From Strigamia acuminata (lineage: Eukaryota), in the NCBI GenBank assembly GCA_949358305.1, contig OX442314.1, positions 16,678,001-16,742,000 of the forward strand: a DNA stretch of 64,000 bases, in the 5' to 3' direction. Below are positions 16,501 to 28,100 of this stretch, one piece after another (within the stretch, counting starts at the first letter, position 1; each line of letters begins with the position of its first letter). Under the pieces are notes generated by a model. It was given only the letters and a program-made list of their open reading frames with translations, made no database searches and was not told where the DNA came from. The position numbers and the translations under genes are program-made.

Positions 16501-17553
16501 CGAAGTGACTGAAATTACTGAAGAGGAAAAACCAGCGCAGACAAATAATGAAGTTAGAATCAGCTCAGATTACTTTGTACACATAGAATTCCAACTTTAA
16601 ATATTTAAATTCGCTTAAACACACCACCATTAAAAAAAAATTAGCCAAATTAGAACGACAATCAATTAAATTCTCTCGTGCGCTAAAAAAATCGATTAAC
16701 GAATGTAAGAAATAAAGTACAGAAACATGACGATTAAATAATTCAAAAAAATTCGCTAAGCAAATATAGAAAAACATTATACCTGCTGAAATCAGTTGTT
16801 TGTTTTGTCTGAAGCACCCATGGACTTTTATGATTTGTTTTATGTATTAAGAAAAAAACATTGCGACCGAATTTAGAGTGGAATTGTAGAAAAACAAAAA
16901 GCTCATATACGTAATTTTTTTTTTAAATTGCTGATTTATCTTTAATTCTCTTAGCAAAATGAAAACGCCTGCCCAATTCTTCTGGGACTACCTAAATTTG
17001 TTAGTACATCAGCAACTTCTTTAAATCACAAAACTGGAGGGGAGGTATACTGAACACTTGCTAGATTAGAGAATAAATAAATAAATAAAGTAAAGCTGAA
17101 CATGTACCTTAATTTAACTTGCAAGTTTCAACTCCGATAATTGATTTTCTCTTTTTTAATCAGATTCCAGTTGCTGTTATTCGTCCTGCACCTTCTGTTG
17201 ACAAGTCGCTTAACGAGGCGACGCTTCACTGCCCCGTGACAAATTATCGACAAACAAGTCTAAGCACATCTATAAATCCCAAACTACATTTAGAAAATAG
17301 TCGACTGCTTCAGTTCTTTACTTCAGCCTTATGCAACAAAAAATCCAACGCAAACTTCAATAATCCTGTTCCATTAGTAGAAAATACCAAAACTAATACC
17401 CTGGGCAATACTTACGGCAGTGACGCCGAAAATGACACCAGTAGGAGCTGCGTGCCCCAGGTAAAGAGATCCAATCTCTTTTGCAAGTTTCAAGGCAACG
17501 AATGTTCAATGACTTCGAAGTCATTCCATCAGAAAGCAAAGGGCAGAGAGTAA
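13558..17553 (+). CDS. Soluble guanylate cyclase, beta-like subunit (H-NOX, PAS, coiled coil, cyclase), about 773 aa; exons 13558-13560, 13722-13795, 13999-14102, 14167-14414, 14497-14631, 14683-15300, 15629-15823, 15897-16043, 16158-16312, 16390-16552, 16955-17044, 17164-17553
   Basis: ATG-only first coding exon, then [24 protein letters not shown]. Contains NLDYLHEHL (proximal His), PSFRC, HYYSDR (YxSxR), [32 protein letters not shown] and MPRYCLFG. All exon phases are compatible; the last three exons are less certain. Confidence 0.9.
16077..16133 (+). repeat. 3 x 19-bp tandem repeat in an sGC intron
   Basis: TTACTCGTYACTCCCATGG repeated three times. Confidence 0.9.
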
Positions 17554-17626
17554 GTAATTCCAAGTACTAGAACATTGTACAGTGATGCATGCCACATTAA
17601 TGTACACGGATCTTCTTTTATGATCA

Positions 17627-20107
17627 TGTTGGTTTTGAGTGCCCAGTCTTCACGCCAGGTGAACGTTTCACCTGCGCACCCACGACGTCCAGATGACGTA
17701 CTTGGCGTAAACCAATCAGGGTTGAGCGCACCTGTATATAATGTGTTAGCAATTAGAATAAAGTTAGTCATTTGCTGTTAAACCTAACCACGCGTCTTAT
17801 CATTGTCCCAACCTTCGACACTAAAAACTACAGGTTATGGGCCCAGCACGCTTCCACTGCGGATAATATCGAGATTTGGGACGAAACGATCGAAGAAGTC
17901 AAAACGTTTTTGATACGAACCGTTTCGAGAAACAAAATCAGAAACGATGGCGAATGCAGGCGGAATTTCGGCTAGAATCGAACCACTGGGGAAAGAAAAC
18001 TACGATGCCTGGAAAGTCCAAATGGAAGCAATTTTGGGGAAGAACGATCTCTTAAAGTACGCGGACGGAACATTGAAGCGACCAGAAGTTGATCCAAGCA
18101 ACAATAACACCAAGAAAGCCGCCGAAAATTGGGACGTGAGAGACAGAAACACGAGATACGATATTTTGCTACACGTAAAACAGTCGGAGATTCGATTGTT
18201 GAAAAACTGTAAAACCTCAAACGAATTATGGAGAAAATTGGACGAAATTTACGAAGCGAAAGGACCGGCAAATATGGGCATGTTGCTGAAACAAATTTGC
18301 GGAAACAAAATGGCTGAGAACGAAAACGTGCGTGACTATCTGAAGGGATTTTTTGAAGCGGTTGATAAGCTACTCGACATGGATATGGAAATCCATCCGA
18401 CACTTACTGGGACGCTGCTGTTGCAAAGTTTGCCGAAATCATTCGATACGTTCAAGATCACGATGGAATCGCGAGACACATTGCCGACGCTGGAAGCGCT
18501 AAAAGCTAAAATTATAGCCGCAGCAATTTCTCAAGAAAAAGATAAAGAAGAAGTATCCGACGCAATGTTGGCCAAGAAATCGTTCCAAAAACGGAGGCAG
18601 CCGAAGAACGGCGACGATGAATCGGATTCTGATGAAAAGCCGACTTTCAAGTTCAAGTGCCACGGTTGCGGAAAAATCGGCCACAAAATCGCCGATTGCC
18701 GAAGTAAAAGCAAGAAGGAAAGCGCATCGAGAGCCGAGAAGTCCAAGTACGAATTATTTTTCTGCGAACAAAACGAGACAGCATTGAAATGCGAGAAGTC
18801 ACGGCCGAGAAATTGGTGTTTGGACAGCGGCGCAAGTTCCCACATGTGCTCGAGCAATTCAACATTTTCAACGATCGAATTCCTGAAGAACCAGAAATTG
18901 AATTTGGCCAGTAAAGCGAGTACGAACATCGACGGAAAAGGAACCGCGAAAATCGTCGTCAAAACTGGAGACGGAAATATGAAGTTGGATTTGACGGAGA
19001 CTCTCTTGGTACGGGATTTGCGAACGAATTTGATGTCAGTCGGAAAGATCACAGAGCGGGGACACAAGGTGATTTTTGACAATAAATCAGCAGAAATAAT
19101 AAGCCCGAAGGGAGAAATCGTATTCACCGCCGAAAAAAGAAACGGATTATATTACATCGTCGACAAGACCGAGGATGCTGCGACCGCAATGGAAATCGAA
19201 GTCAGAACCGGGAACATGAAGACCGAAAAAGCAAGTACGGAAGTCAAGAAGACGAGAGCCGAAAACAAGAAAACAGCTGCGGAAGTCAAGAAGACTAGAA
19301 CCGAGAACGTAAAAATTCGCGAATGGCACGAGAAGCTCGAATACGAATCAATTTTGAAGAAACTGAAAAACGACTTTGCAGAACAGATAAGTCAAACATT
19401 AATGGAAATGGCGCAATATATGATTTTGCAGCCGAGTGAGGAATCAAGTGTGGAACTAGACAAGAACGAGAACGAAGTCAAAATTTCCGAGAACGTGAAC
19501 GAAGCCGAAATTTCCGAGAACGAGAACGAAGTTGAAATTTCCGAGAACGAGAACGAAGTAGAAATTTTCGAGAACGAGACGGAACAAGGGGAAGTCGAAA
19601 TCAAGATCAATGATGAAGTCGAGAACGAGACTGAACAAGGGGAAGTCGAAACTCTCCAGATCAAAAACGTACGAGCGCCTCCGCGACAATCTTCGAGAAC
19701 TCGGAGGCTGTATTCAAATCGAAATGGAAAACCACCAGGAAGAATTCGATATGAAGAGTATTAATTAGTAAAACAAAATATTTGAATTGTTTGAGAAAAA
19801 TATGTTTAATATTTGAATTGTTTAAGAAAAGTGTTTTTAATTATTTTAACTTTTGAGATGTAAAAATGTTGGAATATGTGGTGACTGGCACTCAGGGGAA
19901 GTGTTGGTTTTGAGTGCCCAGTCTTCACGCCAGGTGAACGTTTCACCTGCGCACCCACGACGTCCAGATGACGTACTTGGCGTAAACCAATCAGGGTTGA
20001 GCGCACCTGTATATAATGTGTTAGCAATTAGAATAAAGTTAGTCATTTGCTGTTAAACCTAACCACGCGTCTTATCATTGTCCCAACCTTCGACACTAAA
20101 AACTACA
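17627..20107 (+). mobile_element. Non-autonomous Copia LTR retrotransposon (gag-protease only)
   Basis: 206-bp LTRs at 17627-17832 and 19902-20107, identical by eye, with TG..CA ends. 5-bp TSD GATCA; copia-type PBS GGTTATGGGCCCAG at 17833; purine tract CAGGGGAAG before the 3' LTR. Confidence 0.95.
17947..19764 (+). CDS. Copia Gag-protease polyprotein, internally deleted (no integrase core, RT or RNase H)
   Basis: NYDAWK gag start; CHGCGKIGHKIADC zinc knuckle; LDSGASSHM protease; truncated pre-integrase WHEKL; integrase-like remnant AEQISQTLMEMAQYM; then acidic ENENEVEIS repeats. Confidence 0.9.
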   Translation: MANAGGISARIEPLGKENYDAWKVQMEAILGKNDLLKYADGTLKRPEVDPSNNNTKKAAENWDVRDRNTRYDILLHVKQSEIRLLKNCKTSNELWRKLDEIYEAKGPANMGMLLKQICGNKMAENENVRDYLKGFFEAVDKLLDMDMEIHPTLTGTLLLQSLPKSFDTFKITMESRDTLPTLEALKAKIIAAAISQEKDKEEVSDAMLAKKSFQKRRQPKNGDDESDSDEKPTFKFKCHGCGKIGHKIADCRSKSKKESASRAEKSKYELFFCEQNETALKCEKSRPRNWCLDSGASSHMCSSNSTFSTIEFLKNQKLNLASKASTNIDGKGTAKIVVKTGDGNMKLDLTETLLVRDLRTNLMSVGKITERGHKVIFDNKSAEIISPKGEIVFTAEKRNGLYYIVDKTEDAATAMEIEVRTGNMKTEKASTEVKKTRAENKKTAAEVKKTRTENVKIREWHEKLEYESILKKLKNDFAEQISQTLMEMAQYMILQPSEESSVELDKNENEVKISENVNEAEISENENEVEISENENEVEIFENETEQGEVEIKINDEVENETEQGEVETLQIKNVRAPPRQSSRTRRLYSNRNGKPPGRIRYEEY

Positions 20108-21615
20108 GATCAATATTGCACACAAAAAATATGTGTGGTTTTATGATGTAATTTGGATGTGTGAAAATTAGGATTTTAAAAGAGTGATAAATTGAAATAT
20201 TGTTTATTGATTATTGAATGGAATTGTGTACGACCTTGGTACGACTTAAAAGTTAGAAATTGATTTGAATTAAGCTTTGGTATGTGACCCCTTCATCCTT
20301 TGTCACCCCTTTTGAACAGGTGTGGGTTGTAACCAACCATCCCTGTTTTGATGACGTCATTGGCCACTTCGGCAAATGACATCTGTTGTATTGTTTTACT
20401 TGTTTCCTTTGTTTTAAAATAACGAATAAAGTCAGTACTGTTATATTTGCAACTACTGACGGTGTGCGCGCGTGAGTTTTTCTCTAAAAATATATACCGT
20501 AGTATTCCTCAAATTGCGTCGAATTTGAATCGGAACTTAACAATTGAACTGTTTGATCTACAAGAGGCGACACTCTTGTACCATTTGATTGAAACTAGGA
20601 AGAAACCTGCAGTGTGTGATGAATAAAATAATAGTGAATCAGCGTCATTTCAAAATTATTTTAAACAGCCGAAAAGAGATACTGTAATGGAAACCACACT
20701 AGAAGGCTAATAAAAATTGTAAGTCTATTGTTGTGGGAAGACGTATTCCAACAGACAACATCAAAAGAAAAAAATATATATATATCTTCGTAAAACAGCC
20801 ACACTTTAAGAAATGCAAAGCATGCCCGGAGTTTGGTACGATAAATTAATTAATAATTAAATTTAATTTTAAATAAAAATGTTCACACTTTTACACTTTT
20901 TTGGAATGGAATTTCATTTTCATCCTCGCTAGAACTTTCCTCAAAGCCCATATATAAATCATCGTGCATATTAAACTACTGAGAATAACCAGCAAGAAGA
21001 AAATTTGTTGTCAAAAATACAATTGGGCACGATGAAATTCAACACTACAATATGTGTGCGGTACGGTGCGTATTCTGCTTACTACGTCACTCTTTGTTTA
21101 CTGCGTTTTGAAACAATGCAGTGAAGTTCATCGGGCAATCATGTAATAATTGAAGTAAATTTTACATATTTCAAATTTTTAATCAGAAATTTGATAATTA
21201 TGGTAAAAAATACTATAAAATTTTCATGTCGCAACTCTTTTGAGCACTAAATTGACTCTCCAGATTGCAGTCCCGATGATTTATTTATGTTATTCTGAAT
21301 TCTCAACTTTCGGTGGCTCATGACTACTTAGGGTCGAGAAGTGGCATGTCAAAGAGTTTATGGAATTCTTCCATAATGGCTGAAACCTAGCGAGCTCCAA
21401 ACCTGTCACGAGGTCCACCTTTTTATTCATTAGATTAGTACGATCTGAACCGCAGTATTAAATAATTTACATTAGTTTAATCAATTTGCGGTGCACTTTA
21501 CTAGTAGCCAAGGCTCAGAGTCTTAAGCTTGCTTTAGTGTTAGAAGCAACAGGATTTGTGAAAAGCTGTTTCCTTAATAAAATTACACAGGGAACGCAGT
21601 TTTTACTGTGCCGCA

Positions 21616-21803
21616 ACGTAGAACTACATCCGGCAGAATGTGCGTTTATTTTGGGGTTGTGTTAATTGTGAGTGAAATTTGTTAGTAACAAGTGTCAAGA
21701 AGTGTCAAGAAAAAAACAGACAGTAACAGTTACTGTCTGTTTTTTTCTTTTTGTTCTGACACTTTTCAAATTCGTTTGCTTGGAGAAAGACGTAGTTTTA
21801 CGT
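21616..21803. mobile_element. Degenerate palindromic MITE
   Basis: Ends ACGTAGAACTACATC / GACGTAGTTTTACGT, with a central perfect hairpin AAAAAACAGACAGTAAC-A-GTTACTGTCTGTTTTTT. A similar end occurs at about 31075. Confidence 0.45.
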
Positions 21804-23360
21804 CAAAACTGATAGGTTAATAGTGTTTGAGCGTTATCACCTATTACAACTGATAATAGTCAGTGCACAACTGAAAGCCAAAGCAAAATTTGTCTATACA
21901 GTCAAAATTATGAGTTAGGCTATACCATTTAATGATTTGTTTAAAAATTGCTTGAAATGAACGAAAGAGAGTAAATTATTAACTAAACCCAATGAATAAA
22001 AACACATGCTTCCTTGCTTCGTTACAGGTATGTTTCTGCAGAAAAATACTACACAATATTTAAGGCATAATAATTTCTGCTCGAGCTCAATTTTGCATAA
22101 TTCTGCAAAACCTTTCCCATAAGGATTCTTCGTTTTGAATCAATTTGTAAAGTTGCCTTGAGGTTGCCTCCAAATTTGTAACTTTCCGCAAAGCAACTTT
22201 CACTTAGTGATATAACTTATCTCAATCCTGCATAAAAAATGTATTGTAACCATTGTTGAAAAGTCGTGAGTAATGTAAAGCCTGTAAAGGTGGTCCCCAT
22301 CGCAGGTTTAATTCATTCTACTCACAATAAGTGCCACAGAAGCACTTTCGGTATAGCGCTCTCTCTCTCTCTCTCTCTACCAAAAAAAATAAAAATAAAA
22401 AACCACCAACACCTGCGTGCATTCATCAACGCGTAAGTGTGATTGCATTGTTGTGTGCTGTTGTTAGTTGATCGAAAACTCATCTGTTTTATGTAAGTTG
22501 TTCGTATACAGTAGAAGATTGTGCAAAAATACTATGATATTGTAAAGGCACTGAGTAGTTGACAGCTGTCATTCTTTACCTGATTTTACTTTTAATATTG
22601 ACAATATGCCTCGTAACATGCGCGCTTGTCCATATATATGAACGTCATTACATGTTATTGCAATTTCTACTGAAAATCATTGCGTTTTTATTTTAAATTA
22701 ATTATTGATTTTTATAGCTACCTCCCTTCATTTCAGTGGTTCCAGACATTAAATATATGTCAATAGAATTATCAATGCTAAAATTGTCACAAGATGTAAT
22801 ATATATAACTTATATTTTTGTACAAGTAATGGCCAACTTTTTTAGAACAACATTATTCGATTGAAATTGAAATCGACATTGGTGAAGTTCCATTAATCTT
22901 TCAGTCTTCACACACGTACCGTACACCTATCACTTTGCAATAATAGATCAAATTGGATTTTGGCAGGTGGTCGACGTCGCTGATTGGTTTCACTATAATA
23001 ACAATTTAATTTTATTTTAGTAAAAACTGACAAAAAATATAAGTGAGATTGTAATTACATAGCAAACGTTTATATGAAATCAAATTTTACATACTTGTAT
23101 AAAAGTGAATTCATAGTGCAGCTTTATGGTCATCATTTGACAAGTGTGAACATATTATTTCCGCTTACGTGCCTTCACCGAGAAATCTGGAGACAGGGTG
23201 CTAATTGTAAGTTGTGTCATACAAATATTAGATTTCGGAAATGCTAGAGTTACAGATTATCGACCCGCCTGGGCACGTCCCGAAGGTGAAGAACCCAAAT
23301 CGATGGGTTTACACAGTTACACTCTAAGTTTATATGCAAATGATTGTGAGAACCAAGACT

Positions 23361-24608
23361 TGTGAAGATGAAGCAACTAATGTGTTTATTTCAGGTTGAA
23401 TAATTTTAAAAAAGGGTTAGGCGAAGTACAAGTGAAAAGTACTGTACAAGAATTGTAACAATTACCATGTTTACATGTACTCACTTATCCAGATAAGTAA
23501 AACTGCGAAATTTACTTTTCTGGAAAACTGATCATGTAAACAAATCAGTTTTCCAGAAAAGTCAAACTTATCTGGATAACTAAAATCCACTTGTTTGAGG
23601 TAGATTTTGGGTGTTTTGCGCATTGCCATTTGCAATGTAAACACCCACTCATTACTTATCTAGAAAAGCTGACGTCACAACAATGCTGTGACATGTTGTT
23701 TTTGCACAGTGCATTGTGGAAGATTAATGCGCAAGTTACAAACGTCTTTTGACGTCACCTTTGTTAGAAAACTGATTCTTTGTAAACGCATGCAGTTTTC
23801 CACAAAAGTAATATTCGCATTTTCACTTATCTGGATAAGTGAGTACATGTAAACGTGGTAAATGAGGTGTGTCGTGATTAGACTTTAGTGGTTAAATGAG
23901 AATTGAGAATAAATGCATGTAACTTCGGGACAATGAATAAACTTTATTATAAAACTTACTAAATAATACACTCGATAATATATTCTAAATTGGTCTCGGA
24001 TCCTTCGTGCGAATACGAGTTGCTGCTGAACAATCAAACCTTCAATTGTTCATACCTACGCGTGGTCTGTTGTTGTGTCTAGGGTTAATACGCGTTTCGA
24101 ATAAACACGTAGTGAATTTGCTTCGTGCGAATTAAATATCTTTCACTGAATTATTTATTCCAACGTGGATTTACCACGTTAAATAAATGTGACTTGGTGT
24201 TACAGTTGACTTGATCAGCGGGCATCGGTCTTCGATCAATCCGATATAAAATAACGGCCTGATCTTGAGGTGTGATGCGTCTGCTGAAATGTTGTAATTG
24301 TAAGTGTTATTTCCGGTAAAACACGGGTTTATATACAAACCGGAAATGACGCAATATGCAAATCCTGCCTAATTATGCAGTAACACAGAAACGGGGACTA
24401 GCCAATCTAGTCCTTTGGATTACTCCTAGCGATATATTGAATTACTAATAACTAGTAAACGTAATGAGATCCCATCTAATCACTTCTTGCGATCCGGAAT
24501 CACAACAGGTGATATTGATTGATATTGCTACCGGTAGCGATATTATTTGATAATGCATTTAAATAATGTAATAATATTTAAAAATCGATTAATTAAGAGA
24601 CCGTTACA
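23361..24608 (-). mobile_element. Solo LTR (about 850 bp plus nested MITE)
   Basis: TGTGAA...GTTACA termini with a 4-bp TSD GACT on both sides. Its reverse-complement termini resemble the solo LTR at 31423. Strand is tentative. Confidence 0.6.
23465..23858. mobile_element. MITE with about 65-bp imperfect TIRs nested in the solo LTR
   Basis: CCATGTTTACATGTACTCACTTATCCAGATAAGT... / ...ACTTATCTGGATAAGTGAGTACATGTAAACGTGG, flanked by TA. Confidence 0.8.
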
Positions 24609-25118
24609 GACTAAGCCTAAAACGTATTGTGGTCATTTCGAAGTAATTGTTTGTACAAAACTGAAATAAAGCTAAAACTCTACATGATTATTAAATTTGC
24701 ATCAGAGCTCAAAATAAATTACATTATAATTACAATTAGCTAAGTACTCAATTATGCCGCAAACTGCAAATTCAATTCAAGAGCTAAAAAAAAAAAAAAC
24801 AACAACAAAAGCAAAATATAAGTCAGAATACAGAAACCGAAACAAATGCCAAACCAAGATAAAATTTATTGCAAAACACACTTCATTGATCAGTTTCAAC
24901 ATTCGAAAATTGTTTTATTTTTTAGCTGCGTACATGTGACAATTTAACTTTGACAAGTTTTGCCCTATTCCTCCGCAGTTGTTCGGAATGAGTTGAAGCG
25001 CCACCAACTGTGATGCTAGCTAGCTGTTATTGATCTGCAAACCACGACTCGTCTGGGCGTGCGGTGCGAGTTCTCAGCACTCCTATTTTCCTCGCTTCAA
25101 TTGGAATCTGAGGCAACG

Positions 25119-28100
25119 ATGGCGGAAGCAGCTAAACCCATAAGCTCTCCTGTAGAGAAACGAGTTCTTCGAAAAATAAGCGGACAGATTGAAGTTTCAG
25201 AAGAAAAGCGATTCAATAGCCAGGACTTGCACGAAGCAGTTAGAGTCCTATTCATTTTGCGCCCTGTAAGTTAATTATATTTACTAACTTTATATTCTGA
25301 AGCCAAAATGGGGCCGCACATCTAGCGCGACACAATTTACCGCGACACAATTTGCAGCGACAACAATGTACCGCGACAAGCCGGCTAAAGAAAAATGTTT
25401 TTTTTACCAAAAAACCAGTAAGGTTAGGCTCGCCCCCCCTTGTTAGCCCTTCTTAGAAATTAAACCTAAAATATACGTATTCGCAGTTTCAAAAGTCGCG
25501 GTAGATTCGTGTCGCGGTAGATTTTTTCGCGCTAGATGACACGCCCCGCAAAAATTATACGGAGTAACTTTTATTTTTATTTTTAAAAGTTACAAATTTA
25601 ATTTAAACCATAGCGAAAGTATGATAGTATATTTTATTCATTTATTGCCTAGAGTTGGTTTAGAATAACTTTTTATTCAGAAACTGTTTTGCTTTTCCCA
25701 ATTTTAATTTTAATTTTTAATTAAATTATTTAAACCACCGACGGTGATTCATTAAACAAAAATGCACTAATATTATTCCTAAAACCAAACGCCAGTTACT
25801 TGGCAAAGCAACGAATCAAGTTTTCAGGTAGGATAAAAAGATTGGTCAATATTTGGAGTTAATTTTAAAAATGTGGTGCGTTTGCTCCTCTGGTTTATTT
25901 AAATATGAGCAAGTTTATATAAAAAAAATTTTCTTTTCTATACTTTCCATACAAAGGAAATAAAAAGGTTTAATAGTTAAAAATTCATAATACAATATAG
26001 TTTAAAATGCAAAAAGTTATTGAGTAATCCTATTATAATTTACAAAGAAAAAAATATTTTATAAATACGTCTTATTACCAATGTTTTCGGGAAATGAAAT
26101 AAAACCAATCCCAGCATTCTATGTAAGTTCTATGTAAGTTAGTTATTTTCGTTTTTTAATGTTGTTGTGTGTCCGAGCCAAAACTCAGTTATGGCTCACA
26201 ATGGGAAAAACAGTCCTTACCTTTTCTTTCTTGAAAATAAATTATTAAAAATGTTATTAAAAATTCACAAACTGGGAGCTTAGAAGTGAGTTATAAAGCA
26301 CTTGATCGACAAACCAAGACATTCAATAAGTGAAGTTAAATTACATGTTGAAAATGACCATTCTAGAAGCTGTTACTCAGTACTGGTTGAATATGCATGA
26401 CCAAAAATAGTGTGATAACGTTGTACCACTAGAATGACACCTTCTTTGATATCAAATGTTATCATACACTGCGTATCGTTTGCATAGTAACATTCAAGGG
26501 GAGGTTTGTTAATGCAATGCCATTTTAATCACATTATAGTAATACATTTTTCAAAAACATTTAATGTAGTAGAAGAATGCTATGACAAAGCCTCAGAATT
26601 GACATTTAATTTACGCTAATTAAACAAAAAACAAAAAAAAAACTCTCTTAATTAAAATTTTTATCCTTAACATCACTCTGTCAGAGTCTTGGGGTAATGA
26701 ACAGATCTTATTGCAAAATTGCATCAAAGCACAATTTAGATCTTGTAGTAAATAAAATTCACTTTATTTCAATTTTTTCTGTGAAAATGTGAGTTTTAAA
26801 GTTTTCGTTTGTTTCATTTGTAAAAGATGAGCTAGGTGTGGTCATCCTACACTCAACTCTATACAAGACAGGCAATTTTAGGACATTAAAATGCCTGTCA
26901 CTCCAATGCCAATCACATTTATTACATTTATCCTTGTGGGCAATTTGGGCAAACTCAATACTGCATTTCAACTTAATGTCCATTGTGGCAGCCACATGTT
27001 AAAGTTCCACACGTGAGGATTCATGAAATTAGAGTCGAAATGCAGAGGACACTGTGTATTTAGGCCACACAAGGCGACCTCGGGCTGCGACCACTATGCA
27101 ACCACTATGGAGGAAAAAGCTTCAACCATAGTAGCCTTGTAGGGGCTTTAAACTTAATGATTGAAGACAAAAAAACCATGTTAGGGAAGCAGAGGCATAC
27201 ATTGAAATCAAACACTAAAATTATATTGCAATGTATTTTGAAATGCATTGGGTTTCCCAAGAATGCATTCTGTAATACTGTACATTTTTGCACGCTGTTG
27301 GTTTGCAAATGCTGATAATACATTTTGTAAAATAAAATGCATTCTCAATATTATTATTTGTCGAATACATTTTAAAAATAAATTTTTTCAACTGTGTTAT
27401 GAAATATTTGAACCGTACGGGCAGGAGCAAAAGTAATCAAACATAAAAAGAAAACTCTAAATCATTGCAAAAAGCAATAAAGCATAGTACAGAAAAGAAA
27501 CATTGTTACAACAATAAAGGCTTAGTACTTATAACCCTCCAAGCCACAGGCAGACACAGCAAGCTCAAAGTTCAGTCTCGCCAAATATCGGTCACAGCCT
27601 ATTAACCTCTAACTGTCACGGTTTGTCAACTCGATGCTTCTCCACCTATTACGTGTCGACCTATTGCACTTTTGGCGCAAGTGTCGATCTAATTATTGTG
27701 AATCCAATTCTGTCTGTGCTTGCTAGTTGTACAAAGTTTGATTTGTAAAAATCCTATAAATTGCCTAACAACCTACTAGTGTTGATCTCATTAAGCTGAC
27801 GAGTTAAAGCTGTCCCGGCTGTTGGAATACGATAATGGAGAGTAATCCCATCTATCACTTCACATTTAATACCAATTTCCCAATGTTAATCCAGTATTCA
27901 TTCTGAGGCTATGAGAAGCTTTACCCTAACCACCAATAACTTACAATGACAAAATGTTGTAGTAATTACCGTGTAACTTCAAAGAAGCAAAGAAACGAAT
28001 GATTTAATAGAGAGTTTGCGGGATGCATTTTTCCCTTATTTTGCTCCACGATAGACTATTTAAATAGTGTATCGTGGAGCAAACAACCTTTAGTGTATCG

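Noticed and set aside
17529..20056. Short ORFs at 17529-17975 and 19806-20056, and antisense ORFs over the retroelement genes
   Set aside because: Duplicated LTR sequence, or shadows of the long sense ORFs.
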